Source: Patescibacteria group bacterium (GTDB lineage: Bacteria; Patescibacteriota; Patescibacteriia; Buchananbacterales; UBA6539). From it: a stretch of DNA of 64,000 bases. The position numbers and the translations under genes are program-made. The notes below the pieces were generated by a model, which saw only the letters and a program-made list of their open reading frames with translations, was not told the DNA's origin and ran no database searches. Positions within the stretch are counted from its first letter, which is position 1. The number at the start of each line of letters is the position of its first letter. Shown here piece by piece: positions 11,177 to 18,816 of this stretch. The DNA lies in contig JBAZSB010000001.1 in NCBI GenBank assembly GCA_041662625.1, positions 535,189 to 599,188 on the forward strand, written 5' to 3'.

Positions 11177-11656
11177 CTAAATATTTTTAAATACTATTTG
11201 ATTACCACAAAAATCCAGGAATTTTTTTAGGTCTTCGGTTTTAATAACTAAAGTAGCCGTATTGTCATTGGGATGAAAACCGATTTCTTCAGATCCAAAA
11301 AAATCCTGATCAACAATGACCGTGATGTTTTTTTCTTCATTATTAATCAAGCCAAAAACTGAAACTGATCCAGGGGTTAAACCTAAATACTTTTTTAAAT
11401 CTTCAGGTGAGGCAAAGCTTAATTTATCTTCGCCTAATTCTTTTGTCAACTGATTGAGATTAACTCTTTTGTCTGCCAAGACCGTAACGAGATAATAGGC
11501 AGTTTTTTTCTTGTTTCTCAAAAATAAATTTTTAGAGTGAGCACCGGGAATATCCAAATGTAAACTTTCTGATTCTTCAACCGTAAAAACTGCTGGGTGG
11601 TTGTATTTATGATACTTAATATTCAGCTGATCTAAAATTAGATAGATATCTTTCAT
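11177..11656 (-). CDS. YbaK/ProX-family (ProXp-ala-like) prolyl-tRNA editing protein
   Basis: HPAVFTVEE, KNLFL, LGLTPGSVSVFGL, FHPNDNTATL motifs. Confidence 0.9.
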   Translation of the reverse strand: MKDIYLILDQLNIKYHKYNHPAVFTVEESESLHLDIPGAHSKNLFLRNKKKTAYYLVTVLADKRVNLNQLTKELGEDKLSFASPEDLKKYLGLTPGSVSVFGLINNEEKNITVIVDQDFFGSEEIGFHPNDNTATLVIKTEDLKKFLDFCGNQIVFKNI

Positions 11657-11707
11657 AAAGATGTTTTGGCAGGCACGCATCTAGAAAATTTGGTCGGGCC
11701 GGCGGGA

Positions 11708-11822
11708 CCCCGCACCAAACTTGCGAATTAGTTTATTTTAATCAGTGACTTATTGGCGCAGACACCGCCTTCGGCTGGACAATTTAAAATTAAAAAAAAA
11801 TATCAGTTTGGTGCGGGGCAAG
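11708..11822. mobile_element. Hairpin insertion element in the T-loop of the outer tRNA
   Basis: Perfect 14-bp IR ccccgcaccaaact/agtttggtgcgggg plus flanking caag; no target duplication. Confidence 0.75.
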
Positions 11823-11849
11823 CTTGAACCCTATTTATAGTGTGTTGAG

Positions 11850-11922
11850 TCGGGCTGGGGAGACTCGAACTCCCGGCCTCATGCACCCCATGCATGCGCG
11901 CTACCAACTACGCCACAGCCCG
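11850..11922 (-). tRNA. tRNA-Pro(GGG), intact cloverleaf, no encoded CCA
   Basis: CGGGCTG TG GCGT AGTTGGTA GCGC G CATGC ATGGGGT GCATG AGGCC GGGAG TTCGAGT CTCCC CAGCCCG A. Confidence 0.93.
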
Positions 11923-11949
11923 ACTCAACACACTAGCTTATTATGCACC

Positions 11950-12063
11950 TTTACCCCGCCTCAAGCCTCAAGTAAAAATTTATCTTTGACAGAAGTGAGC
12001 CGAAGGCGATTCCGAGGGCGAAGGTTCAATTTTTAAAAATATTCATTCGGGCTTGAGGCGGGG
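11950..12063. mobile_element. Hairpin insertion element in the anticodon of the outer tRNA
   Basis: ttta + perfect 14-bp IR ccccgcctcaagcc/ggcttgaggcgggg; splits GG|GG of the anticodon loop. Confidence 0.75.
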
Positions 12064-12119
12064 CCATGCATGCGCTCAAGCCAACTTCGCTACGGCCCGA
12101 TGTTATTCATCATATACAC

Positions 12120-12151
12120 AAAAAAACAAACCTGCAAGCTAGGGTTTGTTT
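12120..12151 (-). terminator. Intrinsic terminator of the ncRNA candidate
   Basis: AAACAAACC..GGTTTGTTT followed by a T-run on the minus strand. Confidence 0.6.
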
Positions 12152-12161
12152 TCCAACTTCA

Positions 12162-12375
12162 GAACTTCACTTCTAATTGGCCAAAGATTTTGGCTGAATG
12201 AAAGCCGGCCGTGTCAGACAATCAAACTTTTAAAGCATGGTTAGACACCTTAACGTGAGATTGTCTGCATTTGACCTTGGGGCTCGCAGGCTCCCGACCG
12301 TAGTCAGTACCGATTTAGAATCCCTACTCTCAAAGGTTGTCCCAAAACTTATGCCAACTGAGGGAAGTGAAGTTC
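12162..12375 (-). ncRNA. Unassigned structured ncRNA candidate (about 215 nt)
   Basis: 5' GAACTTCACTTC pairs with 3' GAAGTGAAGTTC; further stems GTTGGC/GCCAAT, TTTTGG/CCAAAA, CAGACAATC/GATTGTCTG; own promoter and terminator. Confidence 0.65.
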
Positions 12376-12381
12376 ACCTTT

Positions 12382-12410
12382 ATTTTAGCACCCCCAAAAA
12401 GCGCTGTCAA
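12382..12410 (-). promoter_or_regulatory. sigma70 promoter of the ncRNA candidate
   Basis: TTGACA-N17-TAAAAT with TG extension; the paired 5' end starts 7 nt downstream. Confidence 0.75.
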
Positions 12411-12418
12411 AATTTTGT

Positions 12419-12457
12419 AAAAAAAGAGGGCCGAACAAGTCAGAAACTTGTGGCCCC
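12419..12457 (-). terminator. Terminator after aroF
   Basis: GGGCC..ACAAGT/ACTTGT..GGCCC stem followed by a T-run. Confidence 0.6.
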
Positions 12458-12484
12458 AAAAGAAACCCTCCCGCTTTGCAGAAC

Positions 12485-13519
12485 TTAGATGGTCCGGCCA
12501 ATAGCGATAGCCACGGCACGGACCTTGATCATTAGTTCAGCAAACTGCTGCGGATATAGCGACTGAGCGCCATCGCAAAGAGCTGAATCTGGATCAGGAT
12601 GAACTTCAATTAGTAATCCATCTGCGCCGACTGCTACTGCTCCCAAAGCGATGTCGGGTACAAGCTCGCGCTTGCCAGAAGGATGTGATGGGTCAAAGAT
12701 AACGGGGTGATGAGTCAACTTTTTGACGACCGGAATCGCGTCGAGATCGGCGTTGAAACGGGTGTAACCGTTATCAATGCCCCGGACACCACGAGCACAT
12801 AGGATTACTCGCGGGTTGCCAGAAGCAACGATGTACTCAGCGGCTAGTAGCCACTCATTAATGGTTGCAGCCATTCCCCGCTTCAGGATCACTGGCTTAT
12901 TGGTTCGACCAACAGCTTCCAACAAGGGGTAGTTTCCCATGTTGGCTGTACCAATCTGCAAGACATCAGCATATTGGGCGACCAACTCCACTAGCTCCGG
13001 CGAAATCACCTCCGTAACCGTGGCTAACCCCACTTGCCGTTTAGCCTGCTGTAATAGCCGCAGGCCTTCTTCGCCTAGACCTTGAAAGGCGAAAATTGAC
13101 TTACGTGGTTTGTAAGCACCTCCACGCAGCAGTCGAGCGCCGGCGGCCTTAACCGCTTCAGCACAACTAATCAGCTGCTGTTCGGATTCAACAGCACACG
13201 GTCCGGCTATCACCACCAGTGGCTCTGCACTGCCGATAGACACTCCGTTGAGGCGAACAGCGAAATCCTCTGGATGGGCCTGGCGAGCAGTCAAACGAAA
13301 CTGGGTAGTGGCAATCACCACATCAATGACGAAAGGCAGGCCACGGAAGAATTCCTGGAGCGCCAACTTGCGCTCATAATCCACCGCTCCGATGCAGTTA
13401 ATAACGATGATCTCTTTACCGCACGAGACCAACGTCTGCTCGAAACCGGCTTGTCTCGCCTCACTTTGGATTTTCCCGATCTGTTCTTTCGAACAGTCAC
13501 CTTTGATCTGAACAAACAT
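12485..13519 (-). CDS. aroF: DAHP synthase, class I-beta, with N-terminal regulatory domain
   Basis: IAGPCAVES, RGGAYKPRKS, ILKRG, DPSH, EVHPDP..ALCDG; SD GGAGG before MFVQIKG. Confidence 0.93.
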   Translation of the reverse strand: MFVQIKGDCSKEQIGKIQSEARQAGFEQTLVSCGKEIIVINCIGAVDYERKLALQEFFRGLPFVIDVVIATTQFRLTARQAHPEDFAVRLNGVSIGSAEPLVVIAGPCAVESEQQLISCAEAVKAAGARLLRGGAYKPRKSIFAFQGLGEEGLRLLQQAKRQVGLATVTEVISPELVELVAQYADVLQIGTANMGNYPLLEAVGRTNKPVILKRGMAATINEWLLAAEYIVASGNPRVILCARGVRGIDNGYTRFNADLDAIPVVKKLTHHPVIFDPSHPSGKRELVPDIALGAVAVGADGLLIEVHPDPDSALCDGAQSLYPQQFAELMIKVRAVAIAIGRTI

Positions 13520-14360
13520 GATTGACCTCCTCTGCTTTAGGGTAAGAACCAACCACTACGACATCACTCACGAACCGTTCTTTGAGCTGCATAACCGCAG
13601 CGGCAAAGACCGGGTCACTCTCATGGCCATCAACATCAATCCAAAAGTAGCATTCTCCTAACGCCCGCTTGGTTGTATAGGAAGTAATGCGACTCAAGTT
13701 GAGGCCCTGATAGTAGAACACACCAAGAGCATGATACAGCGCCCCCGGTTCGTTCCTCGTAGAGAAGAAGAGAGTGGTCTTACTTTTACCATTGGCTGTT
13801 GTCCTGGGTCCTCCCAAGACAATAAAACGTGTCACGTTGTGTTGTGAATCGCCGATGTCAGCAGCCAGCACCTTAAGGCCAAATTGCTCAGCAGCCTGCT
13901 CGGAACTAATCGCCGCAACCATAGCCGATTCAGCCTGCGAGACCAACTCAGCAGCAAGCGCAGTGCTAGCCACTGGTGACTGTTTCCAACCACGGCCTCG
14001 CAAAAACTCCGAGCACTGAGCTAACCCCTGCGGATGCGACAAGACTTCGGTTACTGCCGACAATTCCGTTTGGGGTTTTGCTAAAAGCATCTGGCGAATT
14101 GGAATCAGTACTTCTTGGGTAATCCGCAGACCAGGCGTTGTCCAAACCCTGGCCATGAGAAAGTCGATGGTATCACGAACAACATCGCCCAAGACATTTT
14201 CCAACGGAACAATCGCCCGATCAATGCGGCCTTGAGTAAAGGCTTCGAGCAAATCAGGAATTGAATCAAACCCAACCAGCTCAAATTGGCCACGACCCCA
14301 GACGATTGCCGCTTGAGCGGAAAACGTTCCTAGCGGTCCTAGGTATCCTAACTTCAACAT
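13497..14360 (-). CDS. pheA: Prephenate dehydratase (PDT + ACT)
   Basis: YLGPLGTFS, VPLEN, SHPQGLAQC, NVTRF, PGALYHAL; SD GAAAGGAG. Confidence 0.92.
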   Translation of the reverse strand: MLKLGYLGPLGTFSAQAAIVWGRGQFELVGFDSIPDLLEAFTQGRIDRAIVPLENVLGDVVRDTIDFLMARVWTTPGLRITQEVLIPIRQMLLAKPQTELSAVTEVLSHPQGLAQCSEFLRGRGWKQSPVASTALAAELVSQAESAMVAAISSEQAAEQFGLKVLAADIGDSQHNVTRFIVLGGPRTTANGKSKTTLFFSTRNEPGALYHALGVFYYQGLNLSRITSYTTKRALGECYFWIDVDGHESDPVFAAAVMQLKERFVSDVVVVGSYPKAEEVNHVCSDQR

Positions 14361-14388
14361 ACCCTGATGTCTCCTTTCCTCACTAGGG

Positions 14389-14844
14389 TTAATTGCCAAG
14401 ACCAGCTACCCGACCCAATACAAGCTCCAACAATCCCCGCCAACGACTGGGTTGTGACTCAATCTGGCGATCTGGTCTTCCATCTGGGAAAGTTGCTGCT
14501 GACGACGTCTGGCTTAAGCTAACGTTTGTCGCCTGAGGGCGGCTCTTCATGTCCGCAGCCAATCTCTCATAGATGTCACCGTAGACATCTTTCCACTTTG
14601 CATCAGCCGGTACCAGACCGCGCTCTTCGGCCAAAACCAGGATGGTTGGTTTGCTCAGATCACCCAGACAAATCAAGCCATTGGCCGCATCGTTGCCATC
14701 GCAACTATGGCACTGGTAGTACCGTGAAAGCTGAGCGATCAGATCATCCCGCGACCCGAAATCCAAACCGCAAGATCCGGCTTCAGCCTGCAGTGCCGCC
14801 GAGCTGAGCTGATTAAATCTCACTTGAACGCTCCATATACTCAT
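14389..14844 (-). CDS. Hypothetical protein, possibly two helix-extension-helix (SAP/Rho-N-like) repeats
   Basis: SD AAGGAG; LSSAALQAEAGSCGLDFGSRDDLIAQL and LSKPTILVLAEERGL patterns. Confidence 0.7.
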   Translation of the reverse strand: MSIWSVQVRFNQLSSAALQAEAGSCGLDFGSRDDLIAQLSRYYQCHSCDGNDAANGLICLGDLSKPTILVLAEERGLVPADAKWKDVYGDIYERLAADMKSRPQATNVSLSQTSSAATFPDGRPDRQIESQPSRWRGLLELVLGRVAGLGN

Positions 14845-14982
14845 ATCTTCTCTCCTTCCTTTCACTGAAGATTTCAAGTCCAATTTTCAAAGGGCGATTC
14901 TGGTTGCCCTCTCCAAACCAATCAGGCCTACTGCCTAATTGCTAACCCCTAGCTACCAAGAGTTAAAAATCAGGCAATAAAC

Positions 14983-15081
14983 AAAAAAACTGACCATTCA
15001 GTAGTAGATCAGTTAGCTTTCCGTTTTTATTGATTTTGGCCTATTTTAAGCAAAATACAAGCTACCTGACTACCGGTCAGT
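14983..15081 (-). promoter_or_regulatory. Transcription attenuator of the aromatic module
   Basis: 1:2 CTGAC/GTCAG; 2:3 GTAGTCAGGTAGC with GCTAACTGATCTAC; 3:4 AACTGATC/GGTCAGTT + T-run. Confidence 0.8.
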
Positions 15082-15129
15082 ATAAAAGAAAAAGCTGAAA
15101 AACCATTTTACGGCTTGTGTCTTTTGCAT
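15070..15129 (-). CDS. Aromatic leader peptide MQKTQAVKWFFSFFFYTDR
   Basis: 7 aromatic codons in an 8-codon window; promoter TTGACA-N17-TAAGCT at 15169-15141; upstream of pheA-aroF. Confidence 0.88.
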   Translation of the reverse strand: MQKTQAVKWFFSFFFYTDR

Positions 15130-15245
15130 AGGATATTTGTAGCTTATCTTACTGTTTGAATATTGTCAAGAAAACTGTGGGAATATTCCGCTAACAAGCA
15201 TCATGGCTTATTTATCCTAATTTGACTAAATCAATCTTCATCTCG

Positions 15246-15348
15246 CCCGCCGTAGCAGACTTAATTTTCAATATTCATATATCTTTAAAAACTTTCACTC
15301 ACCCTTCCTTGATGCCGACTATGGGACCTGTCGCGAAGGCGGGTCAAG
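15246..15348. repeat. Imperfect hairpin repeat (CCCGCCGTAGC..GCGAAGGCGGG) overlapping the dedA stop codon
   Basis: cccgccgtagcagac / gtcgcgaaggcggg followed by tcaag. Confidence 0.5.
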
Positions 15349-15967
15349 AAAATTTCCGGGAGAGCCGAATATGCCGCCAAATGTATAAAGCAATTGCTAA
15401 AATAACCAAAATTAAAATTGCCAGATCAAAATTATGGAGTTTTTGCCGAATTAACTCCCAATTATCCCCCATTTTCACTCCTAACCAGGCAAAAAGAACG
15501 CACCAGGGGAAAGCCCCGATGAACGTGTAAAAAGAAAACTTTTTTAAATCCATTTTAGCAATCCCAGCGGGAAAAGAAATATAAGTCCGAACAACCGGCA
15601 GGAGCCGGCCAAAAAAAACCGTCAATTGACCATAATGGGAAAACCAATAGTCAGCCAAATCCAAATCGTGTTTGGAAATTAACAGGTACTTGCCATACTT
15701 TTCAATCAGCGGCCGACCGCCTTTAAAACCAATGAGGTAAGCTAAAAGTGACCCAACTAAATTACCAATTGTCCCAACTAAAACTACTGCCCAAAAATTT
15801 AATTTACCCGCCGCAACTAAAAATCCGGAAAACGGCATAATCACTTCGGAAGGCATCGGAATGCCACAACTTTCAACCAGCATTAAAAAAAAGATGCCGG
15901 GGTAGCCGATCAAATTAATTGTGGCCGTAACGATGCTAGCTAAAATGTCGATAATGGTTGTAACCAT
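15344..15967 (-). CDS. DedA/SNARE-associated family membrane protein
   Basis: ESCGIPMPSEV and FGRLLPVVRTYISFPAG motifs. Confidence 0.92.
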   Translation of the reverse strand: MVTTIIDILASIVTATINLIGYPGIFFLMLVESCGIPMPSEVIMPFSGFLVAAGKLNFWAVVLVGTIGNLVGSLLAYLIGFKGGRPLIEKYGKYLLISKHDLDLADYWFSHYGQLTVFFGRLLPVVRTYISFPAGIAKMDLKKFSFYTFIGAFPWCVLFAWLGVKMGDNWELIRQKLHNFDLAILILVILAIALYIWRHIRLSRKFS

Positions 15968-15968
15968 A

Positions 15969-16715
15969 TTACACTTCTATTTTAGAAAAAAGATAACTGC
16001 CAAGAGCTAATAGCCCTAGGGTAATTAAACTCAAAACAATAAAATCAGTCAGTAAACCCAGATGGGCCCCTTGAATTAAAGCCCCACGTAAACCGTCCAC
16101 GCCATAAACCAAAGGATTAATTTTGGTGGCAGTCACAATTGGTGCAGGAAAACTTTCCAAAGGAAATAAAGCCCCGGAAAGAAAAAAGATTGGCATGATT
16201 AAAAAATTCATAATGATGGGAAAAGCTTGCATATCCTGCAGCATTGTCGCAATGGCTGTACCAAAAGCCGTAAAGACTAAAGCGATTAAAATCATAAAAA
16301 CTAAAGCCAGTGGCAAAAGCAGCCAATCAGTCGGCCGAAAACCCACCACTAAAGTCATCAAAAAAACAATAATGCCCTGAAGGGTGGCAACGGTTGCCCC
16401 ACCCATTGTTCGGCCAATCATAATTTGAAAACGCGAAGCTGGTGCCACCAAAGTTTCTTTTAAAAAGCCAAACTGCCGGTCCCAAATGATTTCAATTCCG
16501 GTAAAAATCGCCGTAAAAATGATGGCCATGGCAATTACACCAGGACCAAGAAATTGCAAATAGCTGCCTTCCCCGGCCTTTTGGTAAATCGGCCCAAAAC
16601 CAAAACCCAAAGCCAATAAAAACAAAAGTGGCTGGCCAAGCGAACCAATCATTCTGGCTTTTGATCTTAAATATCTTTTAATTTGTCTCAACCACAAAAT
16701 ATAAATAACTTTCAT
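15969..16715 (-). CDS. ABC-2 type exporter permease (DrrB-like)
   Basis: DRQFGFLKETLVAP, FLSGALFP, NPLVY; six hydrophobic segments. Confidence 0.92.
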   Translation of the reverse strand: MKVIYILWLRQIKRYLRSKARMIGSLGQPLLFLLALGFGFGPIYQKAGEGSYLQFLGPGVIAMAIIFTAIFTGIEIIWDRQFGFLKETLVAPASRFQIMIGRTMGGATVATLQGIIVFLMTLVVGFRPTDWLLLPLALVFMILIALVFTAFGTAIATMLQDMQAFPIIMNFLIMPIFFLSGALFPLESFPAPIVTATKINPLVYGVDGLRGALIQGAHLGLLTDFIVLSLITLGLLALGSYLFSKIEV

Positions 16716-16729
16716 ATTTTTATTTGCTT

Positions 16730-17515
16730 TTACCGGCCCCAAGCCTTACGATAACTACGTAACTGATCAAGACCGGAAGCACTCTCGTCTCGAATAATCC
16801 GACCCGTTAAAACTAAAAAAGCGTCTTCCAAAGATTCTTTATTAGTTCTTTGTTTTAATTCATTTGGACTGCCTAAAGCAATAATTTTTCCGTGATCGAT
16901 AATTGCCACTTTTTTTGCGGCCCGGTCGGCTTCTTCCATGTAGTGAGTGGTAAAAAATACCGTCATCCCCTCTTTTTGGTTCAAATCTTTAATATAATTC
17001 CAAATATGATTTCGCGTCTGCGGATCCAAACCCAAAGTTGGCTCGTCTAAAAATAAAATTTGCGGATGATGAATCAAGCCCCGGGCAATTTCCAGCCGCC
17101 GCTTCATCCCACCGGAAAATTTCTTGACCAGTTCATCTTTGCGGTCCCAAAGCTCGACAAATTTCAGCATTTCTTCAATCCGCTGCCGGCGAATCTTTTT
17201 AGCCACGCCGTATAAGACCCCGTGAAATTCCATATTCTCCCAAGTGGTTAACTCATCATCTAAACTGGGATCCTGAAAAACAATACCAAAAGAATGGCGC
17301 ACTGCATCCTGGTCAGTTGAAGGATTATGGCCGTTAACCAAAATTTTTCCGCTGGTTGGCAAAAGCAAAGTGGTCAGCATTTTAATTGTTGTGGTTTTGC
17401 CCGCACCGTTAGGTCCCAAAAAAGCAAAAATATCTCCTTTAGCGACACTAAATGAGATATTATCAACTGCCGTAAAATCACCAAATTTTTTAGTTAAACT
17501 ATCTACCTTAATCAT
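16730..17515 (-). CDS. ABC exporter ATP-binding protein (DrrA-like)
   Basis: GPNGAGKTT, FSGGMKRR, LFLDEPT. Confidence 0.95.
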   Translation of the reverse strand: MIKVDSLTKKFGDFTAVDNISFSVAKGDIFAFLGPNGAGKTTTIKMLTTLLLPTSGKILVNGHNPSTDQDAVRHSFGIVFQDPSLDDELTTWENMEFHGVLYGVAKKIRRQRIEEMLKFVELWDRKDELVKKFSGGMKRRLEIARGLIHHPQILFLDEPTLGLDPQTRNHIWNYIKDLNQKEGMTVFFTTHYMEEADRAAKKVAIIDHGKIIALGSPNELKQRTNKESLEDAFLVLTGRIIRDESASGLDQLRSYRKAWGR

Positions 17516-17557
17516 AAAAAATTAAATCACTCATACATTATAAACTCTTTTAGCCCC

Positions 17558-17592
17558 AAAGAAAAGGCCCCAAGTCAACGCGGACCTGGGGC
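17558..17592 (-). terminator. Terminator downstream of the tRNA-like RNA
   Basis: GCCCCAGGTC/GACTTGGGGC + CTTTTCTTT. Confidence 0.7.
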
Positions 17593-17627
17593 AAAAAAGG
17601 ACAAACTAGCGTAAGCTAGAAATTTTC

Positions 17628-17781
17628 TGGTCGGGGTGGCAGGATTTGAACCTGCGTCATCGCTTATGCGACTGCTCTTCCTCCTTACGGAGCCTTATCC
17701 TCTATTCCCCAAGCTTATTTGATGATCGGGACCATCTTAGCCAGAGTGGGTACTAATTGGCATCGGCTGAGCTACACCCCG
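17628..17781 (-). ncRNA. tRNA-Pro-like RNA with about 80-nt D-loop insertion and 4-nt pseudo-anticodon loop
   Basis: Acceptor CGGGGTG/CACCCCG-ACCA, D-stem GCTC/GAGC, T-arm GCAGG TTCAAAT CCTGC intact; anticodon arm GTCGC-ATAA-GCGAT. Confidence 0.75.
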
Positions 17782-17821
17782 TAAATAACATTTAACCAAC
17801 AACAGTTAACAATTAACTGAT

Positions 17822-17917
17822 AAAATAAAAGAGCCCAGGAAGTTGGGCTGTTAAATGTTAACTGTCAATTGTTTTTAGCTAATGATAAACCCAACTTCCC
17901 TAAGGCAAGGTTGGGGG
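17822..17917 (-). promoter_or_regulatory. Transcription attenuator of the Pro module
   Basis: 2:3 GGAAGTTGGG/CCCAACTTCC perfect 10 bp; 3:4 AGCCCA/TGGGCT + CTTTTATTTT; 1:2 CCCAAC/GTTGGG overlaps Pro codons. Confidence 0.8.
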
Positions 17918-17950
17918 GACGGGCTGAGTTGAACTGAAACGTTTAATCAT
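17900..17950 (-). CDS. Pro-rich leader peptide MIKRFSSTQPVPPTLP
   Basis: 4 Pro codons in the last 7; promoter TTGACA-N17-TAAGAT at 17985-17957 with ATG 7 nt after the -10. Confidence 0.78.
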   Translation of the reverse strand: MIKRFSSTQPVPPTLP

Positions 17951-17987
17951 AGAATTATCTTACTACTACTTAAAAATTTTGTCAAAG

Positions 17988-18018
17988 AAAAAGGACCGGG
18001 TCGCACAAACACGGTCCT
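17988..18018 (-). terminator. Terminator of the Leu module
   Basis: AGGACCG/CGGTCCT + T-run. Confidence 0.6.
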
Positions 18019-18057
18019 ACAAGACAATCGACTGGGTGATTAAGATGTTACGACATC

Positions 18058-18561
18058 CTAGATGGTAACATTAAGCAGGTTTGTCTTACTTCTCCCACTC
18101 ATATCGATTACGCCGGTGGGTGGAATTACTCCTTTCACCAGCGATAGCTGGGAATCCCCGTGGCGGGGAGATACCACAACCGACAACAGAATGGGTTGTC
18201 CACCTACAATGAACGATACTTCGGGAATTACGAAGCATTGATCTGCGGTGACCAAATCTCTGAGTTGCCGGCTGCCGGCTTCACTGGCTGCTTGCGCCTG
18301 CTGGGCGGAAATCACCCTAAAGTAAATCAATGCTGCGCCAACCCGCGGGTTGACCCAAACGCAATGCTCGCCAGCATTGCCGTTGCAGTCGGCCAAGGCT
18401 CGGCAAATCCAGGCCATAGCAGCATCCACATCGGTCCGGTTAATGATTTCCGGACTGCAGGCAGTACTGATCTTAGCCTGATCATAACCTTGACCTGTCA
18501 GATGCCGGTCAAAAAACCAAACATCTCGTCCGTTTCCTTCGACTTTCAGTTGTACTGGCAT
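18058..18561 (-). CDS. Hypothetical protein (Leu-module payload 2)
   Basis: Strong SD GAAGGAGG; no family recognised. Confidence 0.72.
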   Translation of the reverse strand: MPVQLKVEGNGRDVWFFDRHLTGQGYDQAKISTACSPEIINRTDVDAAMAWICRALADCNGNAGEHCVWVNPRVGAALIYFRVISAQQAQAASEAGSRQLRDLVTADQCFVIPEVSFIVGGQPILLSVVVSPRHGDSQLSLVKGVIPPTGVIDMSGRSKTNLLNVTI

Positions 18562-18576
18562 TTCCAGGCCTCCTTC

Positions 18577-18753
18577 CTATTTCACCCGACCTAATTCCTT
18601 GCAGACCGGACACACTTTTGCCCCCTTGGGCATCCAGTGGTAATACTGGCAGGCTTCTGGGGCGTTAACCAACTCAATGTACAGCCAACGTCCGCCTACA
18701 ATGTAAGTGGCAACTATTGCCCCTACAATCCAGTGCCAAAGTGGTGGAAACAT
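18577..18753 (-). CDS. 58-aa membrane-anchored putative Zn-ribbon protein (Leu-module payload 1; not in ORF track)
   Basis: MFPPLWHWIVGAIVATYIVGGRWLYIELVNAPEACQYYHWMPKGAKVCPVCKELGRVK; SD-like GAAAGGG; stop abuts the next SD. Confidence 0.7.
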   Translation of the reverse strand: MFPPLWHWIVGAIVATYIVGGRWLYIELVNAPEACQYYHWMPKGAKVCPVCKELGRVK

Positions 18754-18816
18754 ATTGCTATCCCTTTCTTGGTTGTCAATACTATTCTTCAGCTATAATG
18801 AGCAAACCTCCGCTCA

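Larger units (their letters stand above)
11691..12099 (-). pseudogene. Outer tRNA-Pro(GGG) gene interrupted by three insertions
   Basis: 5' CGGGCCG (12099) pairs with 3' CGGCCCG-ACCA (11691); removing inserts restores anticodon arm ATGCATGGGGTGCAT and T-loop GGGTTCAAGTCCCGC. Confidence 0.8.

Noticed and set aside
11708-12063. tRNA insertions as group I/II introns or BHB introns
   Set aside because: They are only about 115 nt, show no catalytic-core motifs I can recognise, and share ends with intergenic hairpins elsewhere; splicing is not excluded experimentally.
12162-12375. RNase P RNA, SRP RNA or T-box leader
   Set aside because: No GAGGAAAGUCC/ACAGAA..CGGCU, no CAGG..GGAA..AGCAG and no T-box UGGNACC motif was found.
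17628-17781. tmRNA or a normal tRNA-Met(CAT)
   Set aside because: No Ala G3:U70 acceptor and far too short for tmRNA; CAT is not centred in a 7-nt loop and the acceptor stem is Pro-type.
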